A DNA stretch of 57,564 nucleotides from a virus. Where the stretch lies: UHGV virus genome UHGV-0182465; one strand, written 5' to 3'. Below, piece by piece: positions 47,840 through 57,037 of this stretch. The notes below the pieces were generated by a model that was given only the letters and a program-made list of their open reading frames with translations, had not been told where the DNA came from and searched no databases. Made by a program: the position numbers and the translations under genes. How positions within the stretch are numbered: position 1 is the first letter of the stretch; each line of letters opens with the position of its first letter.

Positions 47840-48153
47840 TGCTTACCTCCCCTACGATGGCGGGAACGACGACCGCCGGGAAGCGGGGATTGCTGCTCCT
47901 GTACCAGCTCACCCACTAAAGGTTCCTGAGCCGACTCAGCAGCCGGTGCCGGTGCAATATCATGCACAATCGTCAGTTTCAGCAGGGGGCGGCCGCCCTG
48001 GACATGCTCAAAATGGATGCCATGCACGGCTTCATTCATTCGTGACTGACCATCCGTCTCCAGAACGATCAAAACGCCATCAACGTATTCAATTTTGAAA
48101 CTCTTCATCGGGTTCTCTCTGTTGCTGTTTTCTTGCTGTGGCAGGTCCAGCAC
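47836..48153 (-). CDS. Hypothetical phage protein, 105 aa
   Basis: Coupled to neighbours by 4-bp overlaps. Confidence 0.35.
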   Translation of the reverse strand: MLDLPQQENSNRENPMKSFKIEYVDGVLIVLETDGQSRMNEAVHGIHFEHVQGGRPLLKLTIVHDIAPAPAAESAQEPLVGELVQEQQSPLPGGRRSRHRRGGKQ

Positions 48154-48506
48154 AATGACTCCAGATTAAAGTCATCATCGGTACCGCCATGAGCTTTAGG
48201 AATGATGTGGTCGACACTTGAGGCTTTCGTGGCAATACCGTCTCGCCTGCAGTTCTGACAAAGGTATTTATCCCTCTTCATGATACGGGCCCGTTTAATT
48301 TCCCACGGACGACCATAACCACGTTCCTGCCGAGTTTTTCCGGGCTGATAGTTACGCCAGCCATCACCGGCGTGTTGCTGCCGATGGATCTCACAGAACC
48401 CACTGACATCATTCGTTACTGCCGTGCATCCTCTGTGCCGGCAAGGTCGTTTAGCGCGTGGTGGCATAACTTTTTCCGAAGTTAGTGATAACGCAGTCGT
48501 TAACAC
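48105..48506 (-). CDS. HNH endonuclease, terminase-associated
   Basis: CQNCRRDG...VDHIIPKAHGGTDDDFNLESLCWTCHSKKT is the HNH motif. This is the usual position upstream of the terminase in HK97-like phages. Confidence 0.75.
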   Translation of the reverse strand: MLTTALSLTSEKVMPPRAKRPCRHRGCTAVTNDVSGFCEIHRQQHAGDGWRNYQPGKTRQERGYGRPWEIKRARIMKRDKYLCQNCRRDGIATKASSVDHIIPKAHGGTDDDFNLESLCWTCHSKKTATERTR

Positions 48507-48610
48507 CGTTTTGTGTTACAGGGATGATGCCAGGGTGAACTTGATACCATATTCACCCCAATAAAAAGCCCCGCATAAGCGGGGCTGTAGATTCAGAAAT
48601 ATGGTTTTGG

Positions 48611-48835
48611 CTACTGGTAGGTATCTGCGAAATGCCCTTCGATCTGAGATCTGACATCAACAGTTTCGTCTAACTTTAAGGAGTCATAGCCCTTAATATG
48701 GAAATGAGGCTCATATGCATAAATCGTAATAAACGCATATGAACCTTCATCTCCTGAGAAAATCTCATATTTGACGCGAGAAAGACCGGCACCAACTAAC
48801 ATGTATGTATCCAGAAGCTTATGGGTATTCATCAT
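48611..48835 (-). CDS. AT-rich moron, 74 aa hypothetical
   Basis: Low-GC block between the lysis and HNH genes. Confidence 0.3.
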   Translation of the reverse strand: MMNTHKLLDTYMLVGAGLSRVKYEIFSGDEGSYAFITIYAYEPHFHIKGYDSLKLDETVDVRSQIEGHFADTYQ

Positions 48836-48939
48836 CCATTCCTTTTCCTTTAAAAATCCTTAATCAGCATACATGAATTCGATGGATGACGGCAGCAATG
48901 AATTCTTGGAGACTTCGAAAAAACTTCAATATCAGTAAA

Positions 48940-49128
48940 TTAATACCCATACAGCCCCCCAAACATGCCAAAAAATAAAGCAGCAAGCAGCCAGGCAAGC
49001 GCAGTCTTCTTCATTAAGACTCCGTAAAATGCTATAGACATTGCCAGACACAGCGTTATAAAAAATGGCCACATAGTCAATAACAAAAGCAAATAACCAA
49101 AAAACCCACTATTAATAGTTATATTCAC
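48940..49128 (-). CDS. Small two-TM membrane protein, 62 aa
   Basis: Hydrophobic: FGYLLLLLTMWPFFITLCLAMSIAFYGVLM...LLAALFFGMFGGLYGY. Confidence 0.35.
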   Translation of the reverse strand: MNITINSGFFGYLLLLLTMWPFFITLCLAMSIAFYGVLMKKTALAWLLAALFFGMFGGLYGY

Positions 49129-49635
49129 CGCTAACTTAACCCTGACGTTCTAAATATGAGCTGTATCGCATGACACCATGCAATCTGTTCTTTCTGGCGA
49201 ACTATAGCAATATCAAAGCCACTTAGTGAATGCTTGATGCCTTAGCCGCTGAGCCCCGTTAACTGATTTACACCCGCTACGCTTGTTGTATCCGGAGTGT
49301 TGTCTAAACTATCTAATGACTTTGCTCTGCCATGACAAAGTCCGTCGTTCTACCCGTGAGCTCAGGGATGAGCCACTTCCTGTAGTGTCTGACCTTCCAT
49401 TCTTACTCAAAACCAGTAGAAAAACATCCCGCAATCTGACTAAACTCCGACATTGGCTGCCCCTGCAGCACCCCGTCAATTTGTCGGATTTACTCCACGG
49501 GGTTTTTTATAACCTGAAGCTGCTGGACAAAAGGCTCCAAGAGCAAAGCCCACCAGCAGCACATTTCCAGGATATCCAGAAACAGGATACCTAAGAGTTG
49601 TTATGTCCTTCTAACATATAAAGAGCGTATCATGA

Positions 49636-50082
49636 TTAGTTATATTCAAACCTGAGCTCATCAAGCCTTAATGGTTTTCTTATAAAAGTCTTTTTGCATT
49701 CGATAATGAGTATCTGCCCCTCGCACAATGCGCAAAGCACAGGAGAGGATTTATCGGAATCACCATTCCCACCGGTGTAATTATTAACCACCCAAAGAGT
49801 GTAATCAATCGTGTTATTTCTGACAAGATTGATATGCCCGGCATTCCGTTCACCTTGTAAAATATACTTACTCTGCTTATCTTTTATACCATGAGAGAGA
49901 GTCGCCACGCCTTTATTAAAATCATAGATGAAAATCTTAAGTCCACCATCTGATACAAGTACTTCCAATGACAGTTTGTCACCTGAAGCTCGATCAGACA
50001 TTCTTACATAACATTTTCTAATCACAACCCACCTACTCATTTTTAGGTAGAATATAAGAAAGGCAGGGACTGAATTCAACAA
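49636..50082 (-). CDS. AT-rich moron, beta-rich hypothetical protein
   Basis: Low GC (~33 %). The start is probably an internal Met (MSRW... or MSDRAS...). Confidence 0.35.
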   Translation of the reverse strand: MLNSVPAFLIFYLKMSRWVVIRKCYVRMSDRASGDKLSLEVLVSDGGLKIFIYDFNKGVATLSHGIKDKQSKYILQGERNAGHINLVRNNTIDYTLWVVNNYTGGNGDSDKSSPVLCALCEGQILIIECKKTFIRKPLRLDELRFEYN

Positions 50083-50091
50083 GAAAATAAC

Positions 50092-50334
50092 CTATCGGGC
50101 TATCGCTTTATAATAAGCCTGCCAGCGGTACTTATCCAATCTCAGTTGCCGCAAGCACTGAGTGCTTTCAATATCAGCCTGCAGATCTTCGTCGCTGTCC
50201 TTCGCGGCGTCACTTGCTTTGCACGGGGGGCTCATCAAATCCGGGGATGGAGTTGGCAGCATCGATGGCGCGCTGACGCAGCTGCACAGCATCATCATCA
50301 AACCTACATACAATACGATTCGGAGACTGAACAT
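50092..50334 (-). CDS. Rz1-like o-spanin (lipoprotein), overlapped with Rz
   Basis: Lipobox MMLCSC followed by a Pro-rich stretch [12 protein letters not shown]. It begins inside the Rz frame in another register and extends past the Rz stop. Confidence 0.55.
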   Translation of the reverse strand: MFSLRIVLYVGLMMMLCSCVSAPSMLPTPSPDLMSPPCKASDAAKDSDEDLQADIESTQCLRQLRLDKYRWQAYYKAIAR

Positions 50335-50560
50335 ATTTCACCACGTCACGGGTTATTGTTTTGTAGATGACCTTACCCGCTTCGTTAGCAGTAGCGGCCT
50401 TTTCCTCTACAGGCTTAATAGTATTCTCGGCCTTCTCTCTCTTCTTTGAAGCCTGAGCCTTGATGTGATCAGCGTGAGAACTCCAGCCTGAGCGCCACGA
50501 AATCACGTTGGAGGCCAGCAGGATTGTTATAGCGATGATAACAGCGGTTAAGCGATTCAT
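50210..50560 (-). CDS. Rz-like i-spanin
   Basis: N-terminal [18 protein letters not shown] then a charged coiled region. The start overlaps the endolysin stop. Confidence 0.55.
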   Translation of the reverse strand: MNRLTAVIIAITILLASNVISWRSGWSSHADHIKAQASKKREKAENTIKPVEEKAATANEAGKVIYKTITRDVVKYVQSPNRIVCRFDDDAVQLRQRAIDAANSIPGFDEPPVQSK

Positions 50561-51054
50561 CTTTGCTCCCATAAACAAACTTCACGCTCAACTTCCCTCC
50601 GGGTAATAAGTCCTTTCCACTGCTTACCTTTGGCATAGGTCCAGCGGCGCAGTTGATCACATGCACCTTTCTGGTCCCCCTTGTTGATTTTGTGAAGCAG
50701 AGTTGAGGTCTGGAAGTTCCCGGCACCGACGTTATAGGCAAATGAGTACAGAGCCCCACGCATTGTTTCTGGGATCGGTTTTTTGATGTAAGGGTTGATC
50801 TGCCTAGCGACGGTATTCAGGTCTTTATTTAGTAGCGCCCGACACTCTGCCTCGGTATAGGTTTTGCCGAGCATGATGTCTTTACCTGTGTGGCCGTAAC
50901 AAACCGTCCAGACACCTACCACATCCTGATAAGGCTCGTATCGCACTCCCTCAAGCCCATCATTACCCGTCGCGCCAGTAATGAGTGCAGAGGCAATCGC
51001 AAAGGCTCCACCGCCGACTGCAGCAAGAACGCTTTTACGTAGTGTCGGAGACAT
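50557..51054 (-). CDS. SAR endolysin (T4-type lysozyme, GH24) with an N-terminal signal-arrest-release domain, phage 21 R-like
   Basis: N-terminal [23 protein letters not shown] weakly hydrophobic Gly/Ala-rich TM, then [25 protein letters not shown] with the E-D-T catalytic triad. Confidence 0.8.
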   Translation of the reverse strand: MSPTLRKSVLAAVGGGAFAIASALITGATGNDGLEGVRYEPYQDVVGVWTVCYGHTGKDIMLGKTYTEAECRALLNKDLNTVARQINPYIKKPIPETMRGALYSFAYNVGAGNFQTSTLLHKINKGDQKGACDQLRRWTYAKGKQWKGLITRREVEREVCLWEQR

Positions 51055-51269
51055 TATTCACCTCGCACAGCTTTTCGCCGGTCTTCTTTAATTTTGAAAT
51101 ACAGATTCGTCAGGTATGTCAGCAAGCCAAATACCAGACTTCCCAGAACACCAATAGCGGCCCACTGGGATGGGGATACTTTGTCGAGCAATTGCAACAT
51201 CCAGAACCCCGCGTTACCTGCGGACGTTCCGTAGGCAATACCTGTTGTTAGCTTGTCCATTCGATACAT
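51054..51269 (-). CDS. Pinholin, phage 21 S21-like, with a dual start (MYRMDK)
   Basis: [68 protein letters not shown] versus S21 [68 protein letters not shown]. Confidence 0.8.
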   Translation of the reverse strand: MYRMDKLTTGIAYGTSAGNAGFWMLQLLDKVSPSQWAAIGVLGSLVFGLLTYLTNLYFKIKEDRRKAVRGE

Positions 51270-51448
51270 ACTCCACCTCCGGATTAACGGGGTGCTTTGT
51301 GCGTGTAGGGGGGCAGGCCCATCGGGCTGATTTAACAACGAGCCGTATCGATGATGATTCCCGTGAGCCTGAAATGAAAAAGGCCACGCAAATGCGCAGC
51401 CTTCAAATGATGTTTACCTTTTCTTTCTGAAGCGCCCTATTGATGGCG

Positions 51449-51473
51449 TAAAAAAGCCCGCCTGAAGGCGGGC
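51449..51473 (-). terminator. Strong rho-independent terminator immediately upstream of the lysis cassette
   Basis: Minus strand: GCCCGCC-ttca-GGCGGGC followed by TTTTTT. Confidence 0.6.
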
Positions 51474-51486
51474 AGAAAGTAGGCAT

Positions 51487-51760
51487 TCTAGGTAGTAACG
51501 AAACGAAGGAACTCCTAATAGTCCGAGCTACCGATTTACCAGGAAGCATTCACTTTTGCCGTTACGTTCTATAAACATAGAAGGGCAACCGCAAAAGTAA
51601 ACCTGCCATAAATCTTAAAAATGTTTAGTGGCAGTGTGGTGCCGGGTGCCTCCCGGTGAGCATTTGGTCAGCCACCATGACTCGCGCATACGGTTTAGCA
51701 GATAATAACAATGCTGTTTACGCCCCTCCGCATAGGGGGATTCACCACGCCGACAATCTA
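51487..51760. repeat. Copy A of a ~280-bp direct repeat with conserved blocks and variable spacers, candidate structured ncRNA or regulatory module
   Basis: Shares with copy B the blocks GTAACGAAA(C/G)GAAGG, CCTAATAGTCCGAGCTACCGATTTACCA, CCGTTACGTTC, CAGTGTGGTGCCGGGTGCCTCCCGGTGAGCAT and CGCCCCTCCGCATAGGGGGATTCACCAC. Internal stems: GTAACG/CGTTAC, CCGGG/CCCGG and CCCCT/AGGGG. Confidence 0.5.
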
Positions 51761-52292
51761 TGATGCTATCACTCTTATCGTCAATAGCAGGCATTCTGTC
51801 AAAGGCATCATTTCTATGCCTTTTGCACAAAGTCACGTTTTTCTTGTAAATGACCAGCACCTGCAGACCTCCAACGCCTCGAGGATAACCAGCAGCACAT
51901 CCATGAGCATGCCAGCCAGTGCCATGCTACAACCAGCACAACGGCAAACAGCGCCCAGAAACTTATTCGACCGGCCCGGCGCAGATACCCAGAGGAAGGC
52001 GTCATACTCGCCTGTGGTGAATTTCGCCAGCGAGCGCGCACCGCCTTTGGCGTTGCTCTCGACTTTGGCATAATCCTTTTCCAGCCCCTACAGATATTGA
52101 CAGGATGCATAGGATCCACTGATCGGCTCACGCCTGTTAAGGCTCTGAGGATGATATGCACCGGCACAGGTGCATAGATGAAAAAGCCCGCGAATGTGAG
52201 CCATACAGGTTACCGAATTGAATAAGTCAATAGTGAACTTTCATGAACATCTAACGTCTTACCGATAAATTCTGCCAAATCAAGGTAATCAC

Positions 52293-52628
52293 ATGAACAA
52301 ATTTCTTCCGGTTCTTGTCATGATTTGCATCTCCGGGTGTGATGATGCTAGATCTTCTCCCCCACCAATTCCTGACGAGCCGCATGCTAAATACGAAAAT
52401 CAAGCAGGAACATGGCAACTTATCGAAAAAAAGAAAAATGCCAAAGGAGATGTGACCGAGGTTCTGTTGTTTAATACGGCTGATGGTGAGCTATGCAAAA
52501 TAGCCACTATCGACGACGACGATAGGCCATCCAATTCCGCTCCCGTCCGCTGTTACTCCGCAAATGACTATGAGACAGACCGAGCACCTCCTGATGGTAA
52601 TTCCGATATACACAATGACAAAGGTTAG
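52293..52628 (+). CDS. Lipoprotein moron (lipobox ISGC), 111 aa, antisense to the late operon
   Basis: MNKFLPVLVMICISGCDD... signal plus lipobox. Flanked on both sides by near-identical terminator-like hairpins at 52181-52202 and 52811-52832. Confidence 0.5.
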   Translation: MNKFLPVLVMICISGCDDARSSPPPIPDEPHAKYENQAGTWQLIEKKKNAKGDVTEVLLFNTADGELCKIATIDDDDRPSNSAPVRCYSANDYETDRAPPDGNSDIHNDKG

Positions 52629-53290
52629 TCAGTTCACACAAATTGGTCATAGCCCACTAGGGCCCCGGCGGTGCTCTTTAACGCGCCGTCGGTGCTGCCA
52701 CCACTGAGTGGCATCTTCCAATCTGGTTCAGGACTCTGCGCGGAATGGCATTGACGTGTCGCGCAGCACAGCTCTACCTAATAGCCCTGACGGGATTGCA
52801 GTTACGTAAAAGGCCCGCGAATGCGAGCCTTTTGAGAATTATGCTTACTTCAACTCATTAATAACGAAATCATTTACGCCTGAACCAAAGGTCAATTAAA
52901 AACGTTGCGAGAACTACAAGCAATAGCCAGATTACGCCCTCTGCCAACTCAATGAGATCCACTACTCCACCTTCTTATTCTGTGTTCCTCAGGGTGGATT
53001 AAGAACCCAATCAATAAAAATGTAAAGGTTTTGCAACTATTGAAGGGGCACAGGAAAAGAAAACCCCGCAGGAGCTGGGTCTCGATACATTTAGTCACAT
53101 CCCCTTTCCGGCGCTTATCCCCGGAATACGCATATAACGCGGTGTTAGCTCTTTAACGAGGCAAGGAGTGATAACAATAATCGTTATCAACTAAGGAGAT
53201 AAGTTCACAGTATAACCATACTGAAAATCAATCTGTGGAAGCTCGCCACAAATTCGAGCAGATTATGAACAAAAAAACCACTCAGAGAAG

Positions 53291-53590
53291 CTGGAGGAAA
53301 GTCGGCTACCAAGGCAGTAACGAAAGGAAGGTGTACCTAATAGTCCGAGCTACCGATTTACCAAGAAAGCCTTCGTTTTTACCGTTACGTTCGTTAATCA
53401 TAGACTGACAGACATAAAGAGCTAAGGTTTTGTCATTACAGTCACTATGTTAAGGCATCAGTGTGGTGCCGGGTGCCTCCCGGTGAGCATGCCCCAGTCG
53501 GCATGGCCCGCGCTGCATTTACAGGTTTCTGTAACTGACTGGTCGCCCCTCCGCATAGGGGGATTCACCACATCAATAATTTAGGATGCA
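53291..53590. repeat. Copy B of the ~280-bp direct repeat
   Basis: Same conserved blocks in the same order and orientation as copy A, 1.5 kb apart, bracketing the lipoprotein moron. Confidence 0.5.
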
Positions 53591-53753
53591 AACATTCAAA
53601 GTGTCAATATCTGACCATACCGCCAGCGCCTCTGCCATAATATAAGCCAGCAACAGCCCACTTAAATTGTATGCATTCTAATACTTGAAGCTATTGCAAA
53701 GCCCTGACTCAATGCAGCACCCACTGATATCAGGTAAATACGAGGTAAGTAAA

Positions 53754-53963
53754 ATGCTATCTACTGATAACCAAAGAATTTCAGAGATTTTTGAACGTTT
53801 GGCAGAAATAGCAGCTAAAACTTCCGAATTAACAAGTAATCCCAATCTATCCCCTGCTCAAAAGCAGGCAGCGTGTGACAGTTACTTTCGCGAACATGAT
53901 CAGTTAACAACCGAAGCCCTGAAGATCTTCAAAATATTACTAAAAATCCCCGGTGAACGCTGA
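53754..53963 (+). CDS. Hypothetical small protein, 69 aa, start at MLSTDNQRI
   Basis: GAGGT SD 7 nt before the ATG at 53754, and predicted helical. Confidence 0.3.
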   Translation: MLSTDNQRISEIFERLAEIAAKTSELTSNPNLSPAQKQAACDSYFREHDQLTTEALKIFKILLKIPGER

Positions 53964-54049
53964 AGCCTGTGAGATTACGTATGCAACACGACGATATGAC
54001 AGGGGTATTGATGCAGCGCATCTCGCGAATACCCCTGTCGTATCGCCGG

Positions 54050-54076
54050 AAAGCAAAAACCCCGCACGGGCGGGGT
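54050..54076 (-). terminator. tR'-like terminator about 125-150 nt downstream of the Q-like gene
   Basis: Minus strand: CCCCGC-ccgt-GCGGGG followed by TTTTTGCTTTCC. The position is analogous to lambda pR'-qut-tR'. Confidence 0.5.
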
Positions 54077-54199
54077 CTTCGTTATATTCAGATTGTCGCT
54101 TTTTGTCGCTGCCGAGTGGCGCAGCTCTGCCAAGCATGAAGGGATTATCTAACTTTCTGGCCCGTTTTCAATACCAAACAGGAAACATAGCACTTTTTG

Positions 54200-54802
54200 C
54201 TAATCCGCATGAATCGCCTTATGAACGGAAAGGAAAGCTTTTGCTCTGAATATTTCAAGGCACCAGCGCACTCTTTTCCGGGCCTCACTGTCTGTTAACC
54301 ATGGCGCCACCAGCTGTATTTCCCGTGTTATGTCTGAGATTTTTTTGCGGGTGGTGTAATAGTTAACGCCAACGAGATAAACCGGATCACCCGTTTCAAA
54401 TATCGCCAGTACACATCGTTCAACAAATTCAACATCATCCTCAGTGATCGCAGCGTCAATGGCGACCGTTGCAGGCTTCGGCCACAAAATGGCATGCGCC
54501 CTGCTTAATGCCTGTCGCCCGCGATACCCTTCACTTCTTGCCTGCTCGATTGCTGCCGTAAAGCGTTCTAATGCTTTATCTGACCAGTGATCACCCTTCA
54601 TTCCTCGCCAGCATGAATGTCCTGATGGTTTACGCGGGGCAGCACCTCCTCTCATCCCTTCCCCCCAAACAGTAAGCAGAGATTTTATCCAGGCGGACTG
54701 AATGCCACTAAGGGGAGTGAATCGGCCCAGCCAGCTTTTGCGCGGGGCGGCGGCCACTGTTTCTAATCCTGCACGGTGCAGACGGCGTTGACGTGGTGTC
54801 AT
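54200..54802 (-). CDS. Putative late-gene antiterminator, Q82-family-like
   Basis: The N-terminal region has an L..WG.W-type motif (LLTVWGEGMRGG) as in Q82/QuuD-family antiterminators. The gene lies between the nin-like genes and the lysis cassette, with a short terminated transcript downstream. Confidence 0.45.
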   Translation of the reverse strand: MTPRQRRLHRAGLETVAAAPRKSWLGRFTPLSGIQSAWIKSLLTVWGEGMRGGAAPRKPSGHSCWRGMKGDHWSDKALERFTAAIEQARSEGYRGRQALSRAHAILWPKPATVAIDAAITEDDVEFVERCVLAIFETGDPVYLVGVNYYTTRKKISDITREIQLVAPWLTDSEARKRVRWCLEIFRAKAFLSVHKAIHAD

Positions 54803-54818
54803 TCTGTTCTTCTCCTTA

Positions 54819-55862
54819 CTACGCCAGAACGCCGAGCGCGTATGCCCGGTCCAGCAATTTAATAATCAATACCGGCTGGGTGCCGTATTCACGCTCAAAA
54901 GCGGCAGGGTCATGGTGCAAAGCACGGTGGTGCTTGCGGCATAATGGGATCGTAAAAATATCGTGGGCCTTGGTGCCTACGCCGCCCTGCCCCCAGCCAA
55001 TAAGATGGTGTGCATCATCTGCAGGCTGCCCGCAGCACATACACGGCTGTTTTTTAACCCATGAGATAAAGTCAGCTGATAACCATCGGCTCCGCTTAGG
55101 TATCGCGAATAGTGTCGCCGGAGCAACAGGATCGACGTTCACAGGAACCAGAGGTTTGCCCGGCGTTGTTATTGCCGTTGGCTTGATTGTTTTTTCGAGA
55201 CGGGGAGAAAGAATACTGGTGGCCGGTACAGACGGAACAATCTCACTCTCCCTGTAAACCGATTTAATGCCATCGTCTTTAATACGCAGGGATCGGCGCG
55301 CCATTTCTTCTGTAATTTCATCGCCAATCCCGGCGCCTACCGCCCACCAGCATAGCTCCGCCAGTGACAATGAGCGCTGAGCGTCCAGACCAAGCGCGAT
55401 GCGGGCAGTGTCGATTACCCAGTCAGCGTTGTTAACACCTACCAGTTGATCGAGGGTTTGTTCCGTTTGGTTTTTCAGCTCATTATCACAGTGCCAGCAT
55501 GCGATTATTACACCCGTCGAATGGCGAAACGGGACGAGCTCATGGTGATGGTAATCGGAATGTGTCCACTGACAGTTTTTAACCTGCCTACGCAACCATG
55601 ACTCGAGGGCACTAACCCCACCAGCTGCAGTGATAACTGCCTTCTTCATGAAAAAAGGTCTGATCCCCATATCATCCCGCAACGGCTGCCGGGCATCAGG
55701 AAGACGTCCACTGGGTATCTTTTTCATGCTTGCCGGCGGCATTTCAACAAGAACTCGGCCGGCACCGAATAACGGCATTAATTCACTACCCGGCTTAAGC
55801 AGCACAATTCCAAGATGGCGTGCAATATCCACGTTAAGCAAAGCTCGCATCAGTCCCTCCAC
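54819..55862 (-). CDS. DUF968 (YdfU-like) phage protein
   Basis: C-terminal SWVKKQPCMCCGQPADDAHHLIGWGQGGVGTKAHDIFTIPLCRKHHRALHHD is the DUF968 Cys/His signature. Size 347 aa. Confidence 0.55.
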   Translation of the reverse strand: MEGLMRALLNVDIARHLGIVLLKPGSELMPLFGAGRVLVEMPPASMKKIPSGRLPDARQPLRDDMGIRPFFMKKAVITAAGGVSALESWLRRQVKNCQWTHSDYHHHELVPFRHSTGVIIACWHCDNELKNQTEQTLDQLVGVNNADWVIDTARIALGLDAQRSLSLAELCWWAVGAGIGDEITEEMARRSLRIKDDGIKSVYRESEIVPSVPATSILSPRLEKTIKPTAITTPGKPLVPVNVDPVAPATLFAIPKRSRWLSADFISWVKKQPCMCCGQPADDAHHLIGWGQGGVGTKAHDIFTIPLCRKHHRALHHDPAAFEREYGTQPVLIIKLLDRAYALGVLA

Positions 55863-56053
55863 ATCTTCTGTATGTAGGTCCTGTCAATCCGTGGCGGCTT
55901 CTTCGATTCCGGCAATAGCACGCGGATCTCCCACGATGCAAAGTCTCTGGATAAGCTCTTCTCAACCACACAGTTATTTTTACGGTATCGCTCCACCAGC
56001 TCTGTAGCCTCAGTCTCTGAAAGTTGCTCGTATAAAAACCAACTTTTCTTCAT
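55850..56053 (-). CDS. Hypothetical small protein, 67 aa
   Basis: Translationally coupled to neighbours with 4-bp overlaps. Confidence 0.3.
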   Translation of the reverse strand: MKKSWFLYEQLSETEATELVERYRKNNCVVEKSLSRDFASWEIRVLLPESKKPPRIDRTYIQKMWRD

Positions 56054-56445
56054 GGCTGATCACCGAACAGTCGCAAAAACTCAATCGCTCTTTCACGCGC
56101 GCCGGGTTCTTCAGCGATCATTTCCTGCAACAGCTGCACGGCGAGCATAGGCTCCTTTCGCCCGACGATGGAAATTCCTCTGGAGACACGGCGAGAGAGT
56201 TTTATGAAATTTTTTCTCTCTAACGCACGCAGATGCAACAGGACAGCATTAGACGAGCTAACGCCGAGCATATCGGCCAGCTCAGATAGCGTAGGTGGGT
56301 AGCCATGCTGATTGATGTAGGCCACCAGCAGATCGAAAACTTCCTGCTGTCGAAAAGTGAGTTTCGAAGACGAGAGTAAACCGGCGCTCGTTGAAGGAGC
56401 ACCAGTCAGAGGGGATGTTGATACTTCGGTTGTTTGCGTCATGGC
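56050..56445 (-). CDS. LexA DNA-binding-domain-only protein, with no S24 peptidase domain
   Basis: [66 protein letters not shown] versus E. coli LexA [66 protein letters not shown]. The protein ends about 35 aa later with no Ser/Lys dyad region. Start at the internal Met (MTQTTEV). Confidence 0.6.
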   Translation of the reverse strand, partial: [131 protein letters not shown]

Positions 56446-56482
56446 TTCTCTCCGTGACGCAGCAGGTATAGGTTGTTCAGGC

Positions 56483-56773
56483 CTATGACGGGATTGTAAC
56501 AGAACCAGGGGGAACCTGGTAACCAACTCCAGACTTAGCCTTTTCAATCATCTGTGAAAAAAGAGAGAGAGTCCCCACGATCTCATCCGGCTGCAAAGGC
56601 ATAAACGAAACAGTGTCGCCGCGCCGGTACATCAGAGCGCGCTCACACACAGGAAAGGATGTCAGACGAGCAACGATCACCCCATCGTCGCATCTGATAA
56701 TTGCGTAGCCGGTGTTCGGCATTTCTTGTTTTTTACCCACAGCAAAATCCTCAAAATAAACCAGGTAAGCCAC
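56483..56773 (-). CDS. Hypothetical protein, 96 aa
   Basis: Lies between the dinI-like and LexA-DBD genes in the same operon. Confidence 0.35.
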   Translation of the reverse strand: MAYLVYFEDFAVGKKQEMPNTGYAIIRCDDGVIVARLTSFPVCERALMYRRGDTVSFMPLQPDEIVGTLSLFSQMIEKAKSGVGYQVPPGSVTIPS

Positions 56774-56784
56774 TGGACTTCAAC

Positions 56785-57018
56785 TTAACAGAACCAGTCA
56801 TCAGCGCTTTCCCAGGTGTCCTGCAGGATTTCCTCTACACGTTTTTTATCTCTGTCCATTCCACCAAGCACGGTCAACCCATCAGAGCTGGCCCGACGAA
56901 TCACAAGACTGCAGTTATTAAAGTTTTGATCCAATCGCCGCAGTAGCTCCTTCTCCAGAGCAGGCACAGCGCCATCCGGCAATTTTTTTTGGCGATCGAT
57001 TGTGATTTCCACTTTCAT
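56785..57018 (-). CDS. dinI: DinI-family protein
   Basis: MKVEITIDRQKKLPDGAVPALEKELLRRL...LTVLGGMDRDKKRVEEILQDTWESADDWF versus E. coli DinI MRIEVTIAKTSPLPAGAIDALAGELSRRI...LSVIGATKEDKQRISEILQETWESADDWF. GAGGAG SD lies 6 nt upstream. Confidence 0.8.
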   Translation of the reverse strand: MKVEITIDRQKKLPDGAVPALEKELLRRLDQNFNNCSLVIRRASSDGLTVLGGMDRDKKRVEEILQDTWESADDWFC

Positions 57019-57037
57019 AACTAGCTCCTCACGTAAG

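Noticed and set aside
51487-53590. Possibility that the two Q-S-region repeats are tRNA genes, as in Stx/lambdoid phages
   Set aside because: No TΨC-loop (GTTCRANYC) or anticodon-arm geometry. The CCCCT-CCGCATA-GGGGG hairpin has the wrong loop sequence, and the ~280-bp length with conserved blocks does not fit a tRNA.
54793-55257. Plus-strand ORF 54793..55257
   Set aside because: Antisense to the DUF968 gene, which has a conserved Cys/His signature, and no RBS.
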